DNA of 64,000 nucleotides, taken from contig CATNEN010000003.1 of assembly GCA_950097015.1 (NCBI GenBank), positions 7,626,001 to 7,690,000 on the forward strand, in the 5' to 3' direction. This DNA comes from Macrostomum hystrix (taxonomy: Eukaryota; Animalia; Platyhelminthes). The translations under genes and the position numbers were made by a program. The notes below the pieces were generated by a model. It had not been told where the DNA came from. It searched no databases and was given only the letters and a program-made list of their open reading frames with translations. Shown here piece after piece: positions 1-12,925 of the stretch (position 1 is the first letter of the stretch; each line of letters opens with the position of its first letter).

Positions 1-305
1 TGTCGACTGTCACAAATGTCAGAGAGTCCGTGCTCAGTTTATCGCTACGTAATAATCATACCAGTCAATAATTGACAGAGTTTAGCTTTAAAATAAATTT
101 CAATCAACCATTTCTACGAGCCGTATCAATCAATATGGAGTGTTAGTGAAATACATTTGATGTGATGTAGTCTGCTGAGCAGCCTCCAGGCAATATGTGG
201 AGTCAGCGCTGCCCTAGTGCTGTGGGAGGGCTTGGGAGTAGGAAGTCTGCGGGTACCCGTGCACACTCACCTCCGCTCGCCACTGACTGCGCACTGACTT
301 CTCAG

Positions 306-1120
306 GTGTGGAATCGTCTAGACTATGGAGCTGAGAAGTTTACTTAAGTTTCTGTTGGTAAGGACTCAATTTCACTGGTTTGCGGCTGTGGAAAATGACC
401 GACTATTTCCTTTGCAGACACCGAATCACAAACCTTCCTCACACCGAATCACAAACCTTCCTCACACCGAATCACCAACCTTCCTCACACCGAATCACCA
501 ACCTTCCTCACACCGAATCACCAACCTTCCTCACACCGAATCACCAACCTTCCTCACACCGAATCACCAACCTTCCTCACACCGAATCACCAACCTTCCT
601 CACACCGAATCACAAACCTACCTGACACCGAATCACCAACCTTCCTCACACCGAATCACCAACCTTCCTCACACCGAATCACAAACCTTCCTCACACTGA
701 ATCACCAACCTTCCTCACACTGAATCACACACCTACCTGACACCGAATCACAAACCTTCCTCACACCGAATCACAAACCTTCCTCACACCGAATCACCAA
801 CCTTCCTCACACCGAATCACAAACCTTCCTCACACCGAATCACCAACCTTCCTCACACCGAATCACCAACCTTCCTCACACCGAATTACCACAAAATTCG
901 CAATAACTTTTACAGGTGTGACGTCATTATCTTCCATCTGGAGTACATTCATAATCAACAGGTTTCAACTCTGCATGTACTGGACAGGTATTCCTAACGT
1001 CACAACAAATCCAATAAGTTTTACCTGTAAATCTCCGATTGCTGGTCGTTTCCTGAGTGTTTTCAAAAGGAATCAAGACCTAGATGGTGGCAAACTTTTG
1101 TGAGATCGAAATTTTCGCTG
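306..1120 (+). pseudogene. F-type lectin (fucolectin/FTP, F5/8C-like) domain gene fragment, disrupted
   Basis: Exons 306-357 (cag|GTG...G|gtaag) and 916-1120 (tacag|GT...G|gtaag) join in phase and give VWNRLDYGAEKFT*VSVG-VTSL...C...ISFTCKSPIAGRFLSVFKRNQD. After a +1 frameshift the reading continues MVANFCEIEIFA. The NRxD, C..P..GRF and CE.E.F motifs are typical of FTP domains. There is a TAA at 345-347 and a frameshift near 1080. The upstream exon(s) were not identified. Confidence 0.6.
418..890. repeat. 23-bp minisatellite (CACACCGAATCACCAACCTTCCT), ~20 copies, intronic
   Basis: Direct tandem repeat read from the sequence. Confidence 0.95.
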
Positions 1121-1608
1121 GTAAGATCGAAGTGTTGGTTTGAACTTCATAAAATAAATATTTATTTTATTTCATAAATATTCATTTCCTTAGATTCGTT
1201 AAACTCTAGTTCCATTTCACATTCTGTTAGTCTTTAACGTTATTTATTAGTTTCGCTGGTTAAACTACTATAAGTAATATATAATTAGCACTGCAGATGA
1301 TTCCCTGTTCAGTACTGGACAACTACCGGCACTCCGATCGCACCTGGATAAAGCGTGCCTCGCCCATTGTAACCTCGGAACCAATAAGCCCGCTGACAAA
1401 GGCGCCCCTTAGAGCAGTATCGTTCAAATATGATTGCTAGAATCGTAGTCAGAATCGCAAAAATAATGGTAGCTAGATCCAAGCCAAAATTACAGCAAGT
1501 TAAAGCTAGGGTCATTGCCAGAATCGTAGCTATAATCGTAGCAAGAATTCTTAGAGAGGAATAATTAAGTAAGAGAATGTCAATCACCTTGAAGAATCAA
1601 TTTCAATT

Positions 1609-1977
1609 GGGGTTTGAGCGGCAGAACGGTTAACGTGTTTGCCTCTGGCACCAAGGTCCCTGAGCTCGATTCCGCGGTGAGACCACATTCATTTGGGGGC
1701 GCAGCCGCGGAGAGAAGGCTTGGGGGCTTGTCGTGCAATTTACGCCCTTGAGTGCCAACCTCCAAGGCATGTACTCAGCCTGACGATGAGAAAGTCAGGG
1801 CAGATGTACACACCTGTGTGCGCGTGTGCCTGCGTACGGTATTTGTGTGCGTGTGTGCTCAGGAGTCAGCGAAATGAAAATGAAGTGAATCAATAAAATT
1901 GCCTCCGTATTGGCTGCGGGTCTATTGTCACAAATTGATGTGCCAATGCCCGCAGCCCTCCTGCAATTATTTTTATT
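1609..1977 (+). mobile_element. tRNA-derived SINE, family A, near full length
   Basis: The head carries A-box-like (GCGGCAGAACGG) and B-box-like (GCTCGATTCC) motifs and the element ends in an AT-rich tail. Homologous copies lie at 22667-22751 (+), 22758-22984 (-) and 61212-61445 (+). Confidence 0.8.
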
Positions 1978-2555
1978 AGCACTCCTAATTAGACCATTAA
2001 AACTTCTGCTCGATACTGGCTACTTGAAGTTAAAATAAGTAGCATAGTAAAGACTAAATACCAATTAGTATATTTAAAAATATATTCTGCCATTCAAAAG
2101 TAAAAAGTAAGATTAGTCACATGCAAGGATTCTTTTGTTTACAGCGATTGTTTTAACGCCGGGATAGCAACTTGAAAACCAGGGATACGCAAAAAAGCCT
2201 TGGCCATCCAGTGATCTGAAGCTATAGCATCGTTGCTTTCCCTCTGCGAAGGAAAAGTTGGGCCTTGGAAACCAAGTGAGTGACACAATGCATCGTTTAG
2301 CTAGCATGGTCTTGCCGTATGTCTGTAAGGAAAATTGCTTTTGCTAGCATTCTTTTTCAGACTTTGTGACATGCTAATTGTCTGAGAAGTTGTCAAATGT
2401 GATGCTCTGAACTTTAGTTTGTAGTGAGTAGGCGGCGCTTAATGCTCAAGTATAATAGGATACCTTGCCTCCGTCCAGAACTTTCCTAAAAAAATTAATA
2501 ATTCTTCAGCGCTTTAAGATTATTTTCCATTTTTGTGTTCTAATCGACGAAAAGA

Positions 2556-4333
2556 ATGATTGGATTGAAACTTGACATTGTTGCTATCACGTGTGTGTTG
2601 TGTGCTCTGTGCATGAGCGATGCGGTGGTTGGTAAGTTTGTCCGGTGTTCGAAAGATACGATACCTGTTAGACAGATACGAGACATGTTAGACAGATACG
2701 ATGCCTGTTATACAGATACGATACCTGTTAGACAGATACGAGACCTAGCTGTTAGACAGATACGATGCCTGTTATACAGATACGATACCTGTTAGACAGA
2801 TACGAGACCTAGCTGTTAGACAGATACGATGCCTGTTATACAGATACGATACCTGTTAGACAGATACGAGACCTAGCTGTTAGACAGATACGATGCCTGT
2901 TATACAGATACGATACCTGTTAGACAGATACGAGACCTAGCTGTTAGACAGATACGATGCCTGTTATACAGATACGATACCTGTTAGACAGATACGAGAC
3001 CTAGCTGTTAGACAGATACGATGCCTGTTATACAGATACGATACCTGTTAGACAGATACGAGACCTAGCTGTTAGACAGATACGATGCCTGTTATACAGA
3101 TACGATACCTGTTAGACAGATACGAGACCTAGCTGTTAGACAGATACGATGCCTGTTATACAGATACGATACCTGTTAGACAGATACGAGACCTAGCTGT
3201 TAGACAGATACGATGCCTGTTATACAGATACGATACCTGTTAGACAGATACGAGACCTAGCTGTTAGACAGATACGATGCCTGTTATACAGATACGATAC
3301 TTGTTAGACAGATACGAGACCTAGCTGTTAGACAGATACGATGCCTGTTAGACAGATACGATGCCTGTTAGACAGATACGATACCTGTTAGACAGGAACG
3401 ATACCTGTTAGACAGATACGATACCTGTTAGACAGATACGATACCTGTTAGACAGATACGATACCTGTTAGACAGATACGATACCTGTTAGACAGATACG
3501 ATACCTGTTAGATACATACGATACCTGTTAGACAGATACGATACCTGTTAGAAAGAGACGGTTCCTGTTAGATAAATACGGTACCTGTTAGACAGATACG
3601 ATACCTGTTAGACAGATACGATACCTGTTAGACAGATACGATACCTGTTAGACAGATACGATACCTGTTAGGCAGGAACGATACCCGTTAGACAGATACG
3701 ATACCTGTTAGACAGATACGATACCTGTTAGACAGATACGATACCTGTTAGACAGATACGATACCTGTTAGACAGATACGATACCTGTTAGACAGATACG
3801 ATACCTGTTAGACAGATACGATACCTGTTAGACAGATACGATACCTGTTAGACAGATACGATACCTGTTAGACAGATACGATACCTGTTAGATAGATACG
3901 ATACCTGTTAGATGCATACGATACCTGTTAAAAAGAGACGGTTCCTGTTAGATAAATACGGTACCTGTTAGACAGAGTCAACACCTATTGGATCTAGACA
4001 GATCCGATATATTTTACATGTGTCTTGTGTGAGCCATTAAATTCGAAATTAATTGCAGACATCGTCAAGAATTTCGTCCTTGTTAACTCTGCGCCAACAT
4101 TCGCGTCGACACCAAATAGTGTCCCAATGGTTGGCTGGCCTAGAAAAGTGCGCTGTGAAACTGAGTGCGGAATGAAGTGCGGAAGCGATCTGGAATGCGA
4201 ATACATTGCTTTTCTACCAACCAATTCCAGCTGTTGGCTCTTCAGACTGAATAAAGTTCCCGAGGAATTTAATCCATACTTCTCCGCGCCTCAAAGTGGA
4301 ATCAAATTTTTGCAGGTAACTAAACGGCAGTGA
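2556..4333 (+). CDS. Small secreted PAN/apple-domain protein (~116 aa), 2 exons
   Basis: Exon 1 at 2556-2631 encodes a signal peptide (MIGLKLDIVAITCVLCALCMSDA) and ends G|gtaagt. Exon 2 at 4059-4333 follows ttgcag| with a phase-1 match. The Cys pattern CETECGMKCGSDLECEYIAF...SSCWLF is typical of PAN. AATAAA lies near 4485. Confidence 0.75.
2654..3975. repeat. 20-bp minisatellite (GATACCTGTTAGACAGATAC) with a 64-bp higher-order block (~2700-3340)
   Basis: The tandem array fills the intron of the PAN gene. The ACCTAGCT variant recurs every 64 bp. Confidence 0.95.
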
Positions 4334-4795
4334 TTTTTCATCGGATCCAAGCTGAAAGTTGTCGAGGTTTTTACAAATTTAACTGTCAAATATTTTTCTA
4401 CATTCTTCTATCAATATTCTTCTGATTTATAGCTAAAGAAACACAAATTTATCTTACACTATTACTATCTCTGTTAAGTTATCAAATAAAACGTTGCCTT
4501 TTTCGTCCTGTGCCTTGTTTTTGAATATTTTCTTTACTTTTATGACTTTAAGATCCAAAAAATTTGCATCTAAACATTCAAATAAACCGAGTTAATATTA
4601 CCGGAACTTTTTTTGTTTCATTATTTTTTACACTGCAGTTACATCTACTTCAACATGAGTCGGAACTTTAAGAGTTGTCACAAAAATCTGAGAATATTGT
4701 GTACGCAGTTTTATCTAGGTCAGGTTTTTTAAAACATACATTTACATTTACGTAAAGCAATTCTTCTGTTTATTAATTGAACTGCGGTGAACTGA

Positions 4796-5101
4796 CAGCC
4801 AATCAGAATAAATGAAGGAGACGATAGATTCTTCTAAAAAATTGGGGGTTTGAAATTGGTCGCTGAGGGCCCAAGAAGGCTTGACAGGGTGTGATGTGGG
4901 TTAGGGGGTAAGAAATTCTAGCCAAGAACGCTTATTTTTATTTTCACTCGCATAAACCCCACAGCCAATCAAATTCATTAGAGGAGCATAGTCTCTTTGT
5001 GATTTTTTCTAACCCCCAAACCTCCTCAAGGGCAGACCAATCAAAATTGATGCATAATGTTCTACATAAAATTATTTGACCAACTGAGAGGTTTTATAAA
5101 A
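4796..5101 (+). promoter_or_regulatory. Putative promoter of the VWA gene: three CCAAT boxes and a TATA box
   Basis: AGCCAATCA covers CCAAT at 4799 and 4965, GACCAATCA covers CCAAT at 5037, and TATAAA is at 5095-5100, ~130 bp upstream of the ATG at 5226. Confidence 0.5.
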
Positions 5102-5225
5102 ACACACTGCAAGGTCTCTGAAAAGACGAGAGAACTACTAAGGCTTGTAAAGAAAACGGCGACCAAATTAGTTTAGGCAAAATCTGATTGAGTGATAAGT
5201 CAGCGGCAGCATAGACAGCCAAGAA

Positions 5226-8200
5226 ATGTGGCAAATCATTTGTCTAGCCCTAGGTCTAACTAGCCTAGCAAGCGGTTTCGATGTATCTGGCCCTGCGCTC
5301 TACGATGACGTGGCTGCGAAGTACATGCCGCTAGAAAAGTGGCTAAACGAAGGCGACAGGCGAGCGTGTTTGTCAGACGCCCGCGCCGATCTATTGTTCG
5401 CTGTCGACGGCTCCGAATCTGTTAGCCTGATCGACTTTCATCTGGTAGTCAAGAGCGTTCTCATTGACACAATCAGCCGATTGGAAATCGGTGAGAATTT
5501 CATTCAGGCCGGCGTACTGGTGTTTAGTTCTCAGGTTGCCCAGACTATTCCCATTGGAAAGTATGCAAATAAATTGGAGCTACTGCGAGCCGTCTCTCTG
5601 CTCTCCTACGATGGCGGCTACACATCGATCGACTCGGCTGTTGAAGGCTGCATCGCTGAGCTGAGCAGACGGCAGGCGGATTTAGCTGTCAGCAACAAAA
5701 ACACCAATGGCACGGGAAGCGGTGAGCGGAAGCGCATCGTTGTCTTCGTGACAGACGGTCGTCACACTGGCGGCTTCAGCGTCTACATGCACGACCTGTT
5801 GGCACAGCTGCATCGACGCGTGACGGCTGTCATCTCTTTGGGTCTGCAGAACTCAGACGAGACAATGCTGAAAGAGTTGGCCAGCGATTCTGGTCAAGTC
5901 TTCGGCCCAACTGCCTATCCGGATTATCAGACAGCTCTGTACAGCCTGCTCAACATGCGCTGCTCGGCTACTTGCTACAAATATGAGCAGCAGGAGACTG
6001 GCGCCAACAAAGTCATCGCCACCTTGGTGCAGTATGTCAACTATCTCATTAGCAACTTCGCCTCGTACCGCAAGCAGCAGATGTCTCTAGTGGAGTACAC
6101 TCGCACTGTCAACCAGTCTGTTGTTAGCCTGGAAGTCGACATCGACCGGAACTGCAACATCGAGGACAATGGTCTGCTCCGACGCATCATCACCCTGCAG
6201 GACAGCATCCGCACTGAGACCAACGGCACCGGCTTCTCTGGCTCCACCATCGACGCCTACGCCAGCGAGATGATACGCCGTGTTGGCGAGCTGCAGAAGA
6301 CCACATTCAATCAGGTTCAGTCGCTGGCCACGGAGAAGACCAAACTTTCCGGCCTGGAACTTCAGGAGGAACGTCTAAAGGCAGACTTTCAGGTACGTTG
6401 ATGGGGTCAAATGGTGACTTATTTGCAAGATTTATTATTTAACATACTCGCAGGTGATTCTCAGCTAGCAAGCATACAGAGGACACGTAGGACAAAAATA
6501 GTATTCTAAGACGAAATCCCATATTTAAAAATCGTAGATTCTTTGAAACTCCCAGATTCTTGAAAGGTTCTTCAATACAATAAGTCAGAATCCCATAGTT
6601 AATTCCATAACCTTAGTTACCACCGCTATAATCATAAAACTTTAACCTTCCGCAGACCCGACTGAGCAGCAAAATGTCGGTGCGCAAAGCCCAAGAGGAG
6701 AGCCTCGCTGCCCTGGAGGCCCGCATCGAGACCTACCGCAACGAGATTCTCAGCGTCACCGAGTCGATTTACCGCTTCACAAACGTAACCACCGAGCTCA
6801 GCAGCCGCCTGACTCGTCAGGAAGCCATCTACATCAGCAGGCAGAACCAGCTGAACAGTTTGAATGAGCAGAGCGCTATGCTCAGCTCCGTACTTCGCGG
6901 CGGCAGTAAACACCTGGTCGAGATCTCCAACAAGCTGGCCCAGTGCGAGTCGCATATGCGCTACGGCAGCACGGTTCTGTTCGCCATTCGCTGCGGCTCC
7001 GGTGCAAAATTCGAGTCACTGTTCAGCAGAAATGACACCAGCTTTAGCCAGGCTTCAGCCTTTGAAGGCCTAGACTCGCGCCATGCGGACACCTCCGTGT
7101 TCAAGAGCACCTTCATGCGCCGAATCCACTCCGTTGGCTATTTTGGCAGTGTCACCTGGCAGTTCTTGGACGCCAATCAAACCCAGATCGGATACCTGAC
7201 AATGGACACTAGCCGGTCAGAGCTCAGCAGCCTGTTTGCTCGCTCCCGCGTTGTTGAAAGCTTTCCCTGGGTGGCTTCGTACGTGAACTCCATATACAGT
7301 GCCAACCTGGACCAGTTCCGGCTGCATGCGGGCTCCGAGTTCCAGTTGTTTTATGGCACCCTCGAGCGATACCAGATCACTGGCAGCTGCTCGGATCTGA
7401 TCGGCGTCTTCCTAGTCCTCGGCGCTCCTCACCGCTGCTACCCGGAAGCCACAGCCTTTCCCCAGGTGTACGTGTCTACTTCGCCATTCGGCGGCGCTTT
7501 GTCTCACCCGGTCTCCGAGCTACGTCTGGCCACCAACCGACTGCCCGACGATCGACCCAAGCCAACTGACAGCATCACCGCCGACGAGCAGCTCAGTGAG
7601 GTGCTGCTCTTCGCCAAGGCCGGAGCCGGCTATCTGCACTCGCTGCTGCTCACGAGCCGATTCACTCCGGCCGCCATGCTTGCCGATGTTGACGATCTCA
7701 GCCAGCTGGCCAGACACTACAAGAGCTCGCTGCTGTCTGGCTTGAATCTGGACAGCTACCGGGCTATCAAGCTGGAACTGTTCGATGCCAAAGGTCGAGT
7801 TCTGGCCGCTCTACGCTTTAAAGGGCCGTTTTCTAGTAACATTGGTAATGCCAGCGACGGATCCGAATTTGTTCCAATGGGATGGGAGTGGTTCCAGGTA
7901 AGAATCAAACGGTCAATCTTCCGAAATTCTGTCTTAGCAGTTAAAAGCTATTTTTCCTCCTGACATACCCCACTGCCTATTCACGATGGCTCCCAATCCA
8001 AGTGACCGATTCTCGTAAAAGTCCACCATATGGATCGAAATTTTCCGATCTAAAATTTATTAGATCCTCAGTCCCAGATCATCTTCATCTGTTTTAACCT
8101 CAATCCAACAGGCCAAATACGTGGACACCGCTGAGCCGTTTGATGTCGCCCAGTTGCGCAATGCCAGCTTCGAGTTTTACAACGGCGTGGAATTCTTTGC

Positions 8201-8429
8201 CATCGGCCAGCAGCTGGCTGAAACTGACTGCAGCCGGAGGCACTATTTCTTGACCCTGATTGACGGCGCCAGCCCGTGCCAGTGCTTCGCCAAGGCTGGT
8301 CTGCCACCGGCCATCTACTTTGCTAACGAGCTTCGTTCGACCAACTGCAACAAACTGGCAGCTGCCGACAGTCTTCGTCTCACTGGCGAGCTGCTGCGTC
8401 CTCAGCGGACCCTTGCCGCACCGGCCTAA
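5226..8429 (+). CDS. Secreted VWA-domain / coiled-coil protein with two tandem C-terminal uncharacterised domains (~908 aa), 3 exons
   Basis: Exons are 5226-6392, 6656-7897 and 8112-8429, all joined by phase-0 GT-AG introns. The signal peptide is MWQIICLALGLTSLASG. The VWA domain has an intact MIDAS (DGSES...T...TDG). A heptad-rich region spans roughly aa 255-480. Codon usage is strongly coding-like. Confidence 0.9.
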
Positions 8430-8504
8430 TTCAAACTTTAGTTTCTTTCGCTGATCTGTTTGATTTTTCTATAAACTCTTACTAGAAGATTAGGAGATTC
8501 TTAG

Positions 8505-8740
8505 AAACTCTTCGGTTCTTAGAAATTCTACGAATCTTAAAAACTCTGCGGTTCTTAGAAACTCTACGGTTCTTAGAAACTCTACGGTTCTTAGAAACTC
8601 TACGGTTCTTAGAAACTCTACGGTTCTTAGAAACTCTACGGTTCTTAGAAACTCTACGGTTCTTAGAAACTCTACGGTTCTTAGAAACTCTACGGTTCTT
8701 AGAAAATCTTTCTTAGAAACTCTACGGTTCTTAGAAACTC
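8505..8740. repeat. 18-bp minisatellite (TTCTTAGAAACTCTACGG)
   Basis: Tandem repeat just 3' of the VWA gene stop codon. Confidence 0.9.
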
Positions 8741-8977
8741 CAAGATTTTTTGAAACTCGAAACTTTATTTCTAAAAATAAGAAAACGAAATAAAAAACGT
8801 TTCTTTTTTGTTAGACCAATGCTTATAATCTTGAAACTATAAAACCGTCTTATCGTTTTCATTGTGTTCTGCCAAATCTTGTCATGCAAGTAGCAGCGAA
8901 GCATATTTTTACTTACCATAAATAGTTCAAGTTTACGATTCTTAGAAATATAAAAATTAAAAGCATAAGTGGAATGG

Positions 8978-9668
8978 CAGCAAGATCAGCATCTAGAATC
9001 GCAGGAAAATCAGCATCTAGAATCACAGGAAAATCAGCATCTAGAATCGCAGCAAGATCAGCATCTAGAATCGCAGCAAAATGAGCATCTAGAATCGCAG
9101 CAAGATCTGCATCTAGAATCGCAGCAAGATCTGCGTCTAGAATCGCAGAAAGATCAGCATCTAGAATCGCAGCAAGATCAGCATCTAGAATCGCAGCAAG
9201 ATCAGCATCTAGAATCGCAGCAAGATCTGCATCTAGAATCGCAGCAAGATCTGCATCTAGAATCGCAGCAAGATCAGCATCTAGAATCGCAGCAAGGTCA
9301 GCATCTAGAATCGCAGCAAGATCAGCATCTAGAATCGCAGCAAGATCAGAATCTAGAATCGCAGCAAGATCAGCATCTAGAATCGCAGCAAGATCAGCAT
9401 CTAGAATCGCAGCAAGATCAGCATCTAGAATCGCAGCAAGATCTGCATCTAGAATCGCAGCAAGGTCAGCATCTAGAATCGCAGCAAGATCAGAATCTAG
9501 AATCGCAGCAAGATCAGCATCTAGAATCGCAGCAAGATCAGCATCTAGAATCGCAGCAAGATCTGCATCTAGAATCGCAGCAAGGTCAGCATCTAGAATC
9601 GCAGCAAGGTCAGCATCTAGAATCGCAGCAAGATCAGCATCTAGAATCGCAGCAAGATCTGCATCTAA
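8978..9668. repeat. 24-bp minisatellite (AGCAAGATCAGCATCTAGAATCGC), ~29 copies
   Basis: Tandem repeat that explains the HLESQQDQ / DADLAAIL ORFs. Confidence 0.95.
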
Positions 9669-10219
9669 AGTAACATGTAAAACAAGAATGAAGACAAGTC
9701 TATACCAGCTTAGGCAAATTAGCAGCAAACAATGATCTTTTTCTGCATCAATAAACATGTGTAATTTGCAAAGTTTTTGTATTCATTAAAATAGAGACAA
9801 TGAACAGAGCAATAAGAAAATTATAACATTCAAGCGTTTATCAATTTGATTATGAGGTTTAGTGAGTTCCAGTGTGTGTGCGTATATACGAGTATGTGAT
9901 TTTAAAATCACATTTGATGGATTTCATCATTTGAGCACAATTGTACGATCTCAAGAATAAATTGTACAGTGTCGTGTACTTACTAATAACTTTTGTGTAA
10001 TTGTGGCAATATTTAAAGTTTGATATGAGACTACATATCGAAGCTTTATGTAATTATACAATCTCTAGAAGTTATTAGAAAGTGTTATATTAAAATAAGC
10101 TAATTTAGATATAATTAAAGTGGCTAGTAAAAGAAATACAAAAAACTGACTAGTTTAAAGGCTAGGTAAAAGATTATCCAACAATTATTTAAAAAATTAT
10201 TAATGCATGCAATTTCAGC

Positions 10220-10722
10220 GGAATGGGATCAGGGATATGGTATGTCAGCTGGGAGGAATGCGACATGGGATCAGGGATATGGTATGTCAGCTGGGAGGAA
10301 TGCGACATGGGATCTGGGATATGGTATGTCAGCTGGGTAGAATGCGAGATGGGATCTGGGATCTGGTATGTAAGCTGGGTAGAATGTAATATTGGATCTG
10401 GTATGTCAGCTGGGTAGAATGCGAGATGGGATCTGGGATCTGGTATGTCAGCTGGGTAGAATGCGAGATGGGATCTAGGATCTGGTATGTCAGCTGGGTA
10501 GAATGTCATATGGGATCTGGTACGTAAGCTGGGTAGAATGTAATATTGGATCTGGTATGTCAGCTGGGTAGAATGCGACATGGGATCTGGGATATGGTAT
10601 GTCAGCTGGGTAGAATGCCAGATGGGATCTGGGATCTGGTATGTCAGCTGGGTAGAATGCGAGATGGGATCTGGGATCTGGTATGTCAGCTGGGTAGAAT
10701 GGGTAGAGATGGGATCTGGGAT
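10220..10722. repeat. ~42-bp minisatellite (GGGATCTGGGATCTGGTATGTCAGCTGGGTAGAATGCGAGAT)
   Basis: Tandem repeat. Confidence 0.9.
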
Positions 10723-11289
10723 CAAAGGTTGGCAGTTATGGAGTTCGAGATTGGTCCTGAAACTAAGATTGCAGATTTTCAGGCGGAAAACATGAATTAA
10801 CAGGGCCATTGTTATCATTATCGTTAGAAAAATTAACTGTGCGTGGATAGAGATTAACAGTATTTAAGAACGAATTAAATAAGTTAGACAGCAGATAAGA
10901 ATACAGATATTACAAGAAAGCTCGGTCTAGAGTGCTCGTGTCGATTAATTCTACGCTCGTAGCAATCAAAAACTTAATTATTTCGATAATTTCGAAACAT
11001 ATGAAAAATAATAATCAGCTCGCATGGCACCATATAGATTTTGTTAGTCGAATAAAGGTAAAAACTGAACGAATTTCATCTAGGTAATGTCACAACCCTT
11101 CAAGTTAATAATAGTAAGTAGGTAATGACTTCCGTGTAGTATATTATCCAATAGATGAATATGGAGATTTTGATTTTCATCAGTACTTGTCTGTGATGGA
11201 TAGAGCTACCGAAGCAGGTAAATTATTTTGGGTTGTCATAGCGAAAAATGCCAGATAATTCTAAAAATATAGCTCAAATGATAGTCCCA

Positions 11290-12170
11290 GTCGATATCTA
11301 GAATCCCATCATAACATCGATATCTAGAATCCCATCTCAAATCGATATCTAGAATCCCATCATAACATCGATATCTAGAATCCCATCTCAAATCGATATC
11401 TAGAATCCCATCATAACATCGATATCTAGAATTCCATTTAAAATCGATATCTAGAATCCCATCATAAAATCGATATCTAGAATCCCATCTCAAATCGATA
11501 TCTAGAATCCCATCTCAAATCGATATCTAGAATCCCATCTCAAATCGATATCTAGAATCCCATCATAACATCGATATCTAGAATCCCATCATAAAATCGA
11601 TATCTAGAATCCCATCTCAAATCGATATCTAGAATCCCATCTCAAATCGATATCTAGAATCCCATCATAACATCGATATCTAGAATCCCATCATAACATC
11701 GATATCTAGAATCCCATCATAACATCGATATCTAGAATCCCATCATAACATCGATATCTAGAATCCCATCTCAAATCGATATCTAGAATCCCATCATAAC
11801 ATCGATATCTAGAATCCCATCATAACATCGATATCTAGAATCCCATCTCAAATAGATATCTAGAATCCCATCTCAAATCGATATCTAGAATCCCATCATA
11901 AAATCGATATCTAGAATCCCATCTCAAATCGATATCTAGAATCCCATCATAACATCGATATCTAGAATCCCATCTCAAATAGATATCTAGAATCCCATCA
12001 TAAAATCGATATCTAGAATCCCATCTCAAATCGATATCTAGAATCCCATCTCAAATCGATATCTAGAATCCCATTATAACATCGATATCTAGAATCCCAT
12101 CTCAAATCGATATCTAGAATCCCATCTCAAATCGATATCAAATCAAATCAAATCGATAATCCCATCTCAA
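11290..12170. repeat. 25/26-bp minisatellite (ATCGATATCTAGAATCCCATC[TCAA/ATAAC])
   Basis: Tandem repeat with two alternating variants. Confidence 0.95.
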
Positions 12171-12925
12171 ATATTTTAAACTACTCTACAGTTACATACA
12201 TGATTAAATTTTATATATAGGCATGCGATTATTATGAATACAAAGATGTGTAATATTTGTCTTAACATGCATGCAAGTACTTTTCTTAAACTATAACTTG
12301 TGCGAATAAAAACCCCACACTGGAGATTTTCGGGACATATTGAGTGGATTATAATATTGTTATATATATATTATGTGGTTAAACATATTACAATTAGCAA
12401 AAGCACATAAAAATGTGTAAACAAACTAAAAAATCACGATTACAAACGGACAGCAATATTTAGCAACCATTTATATTAGTCAATTGATATAAGGGAAGGA
12501 TCAGGTGCTTAACATACTACTTGCATATTAGTAGCGTTACCATATTTTACAGCCTGTATAACTATTCTATTCGTGCTGCAAAATTATCTGTAAAATATGC
12601 GAATTTCAGTTTTTTAAGCATAATTTTTTTCATTAATAATAGTTTTCTAAAGCAGATAAAATTTGTTAATTCGGATTCCTGTTCTTAAATTTTGAGTATT
12701 TTTTTTCAATTTTCTTTTCCTAGAAATCATTTTACTAATACTCCAAGTAGTAACGGACGTATGTAAAAAACTATAAAGTTGGATTAACTATCGAAAGAAC
12801 CAAACAATTTTTTTATTTTAGTGGAGACTCCCGCTAAATGGCAGCATTTTGTGGCATGTCTTTGGTAACAAATAAAACCAATCAATAAATTTATATCTAT
12901 AATAGAAGGTGGGGTTTAAGACGGA

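Noticed and set aside
1297-1412. Possible next exon of the F-lectin-like gene (ctgcag|AT GAT...DKACLAHC...TAG) or a minus-strand exon
   Set aside because: It is phase-compatible and GC-richer than its flanks, but it has no recognisable domain, so it could not be supported.
1609-1690. tRNA gene
   Set aside because: A/B boxes are present but there is no convincing cloverleaf. The sequence continues into a conserved body shared by dispersed copies, so it is a SINE head.
8913-9758. 281-aa (DADLAAIL)n and 234-aa (HLESQQDQ)n ORFs as a repetitive structural or adhesive protein
   Set aside because: They are a by-product of a stop-free 24-bp minisatellite. They are open on both strands and show no credible splice context or synonymous-site variation pattern.
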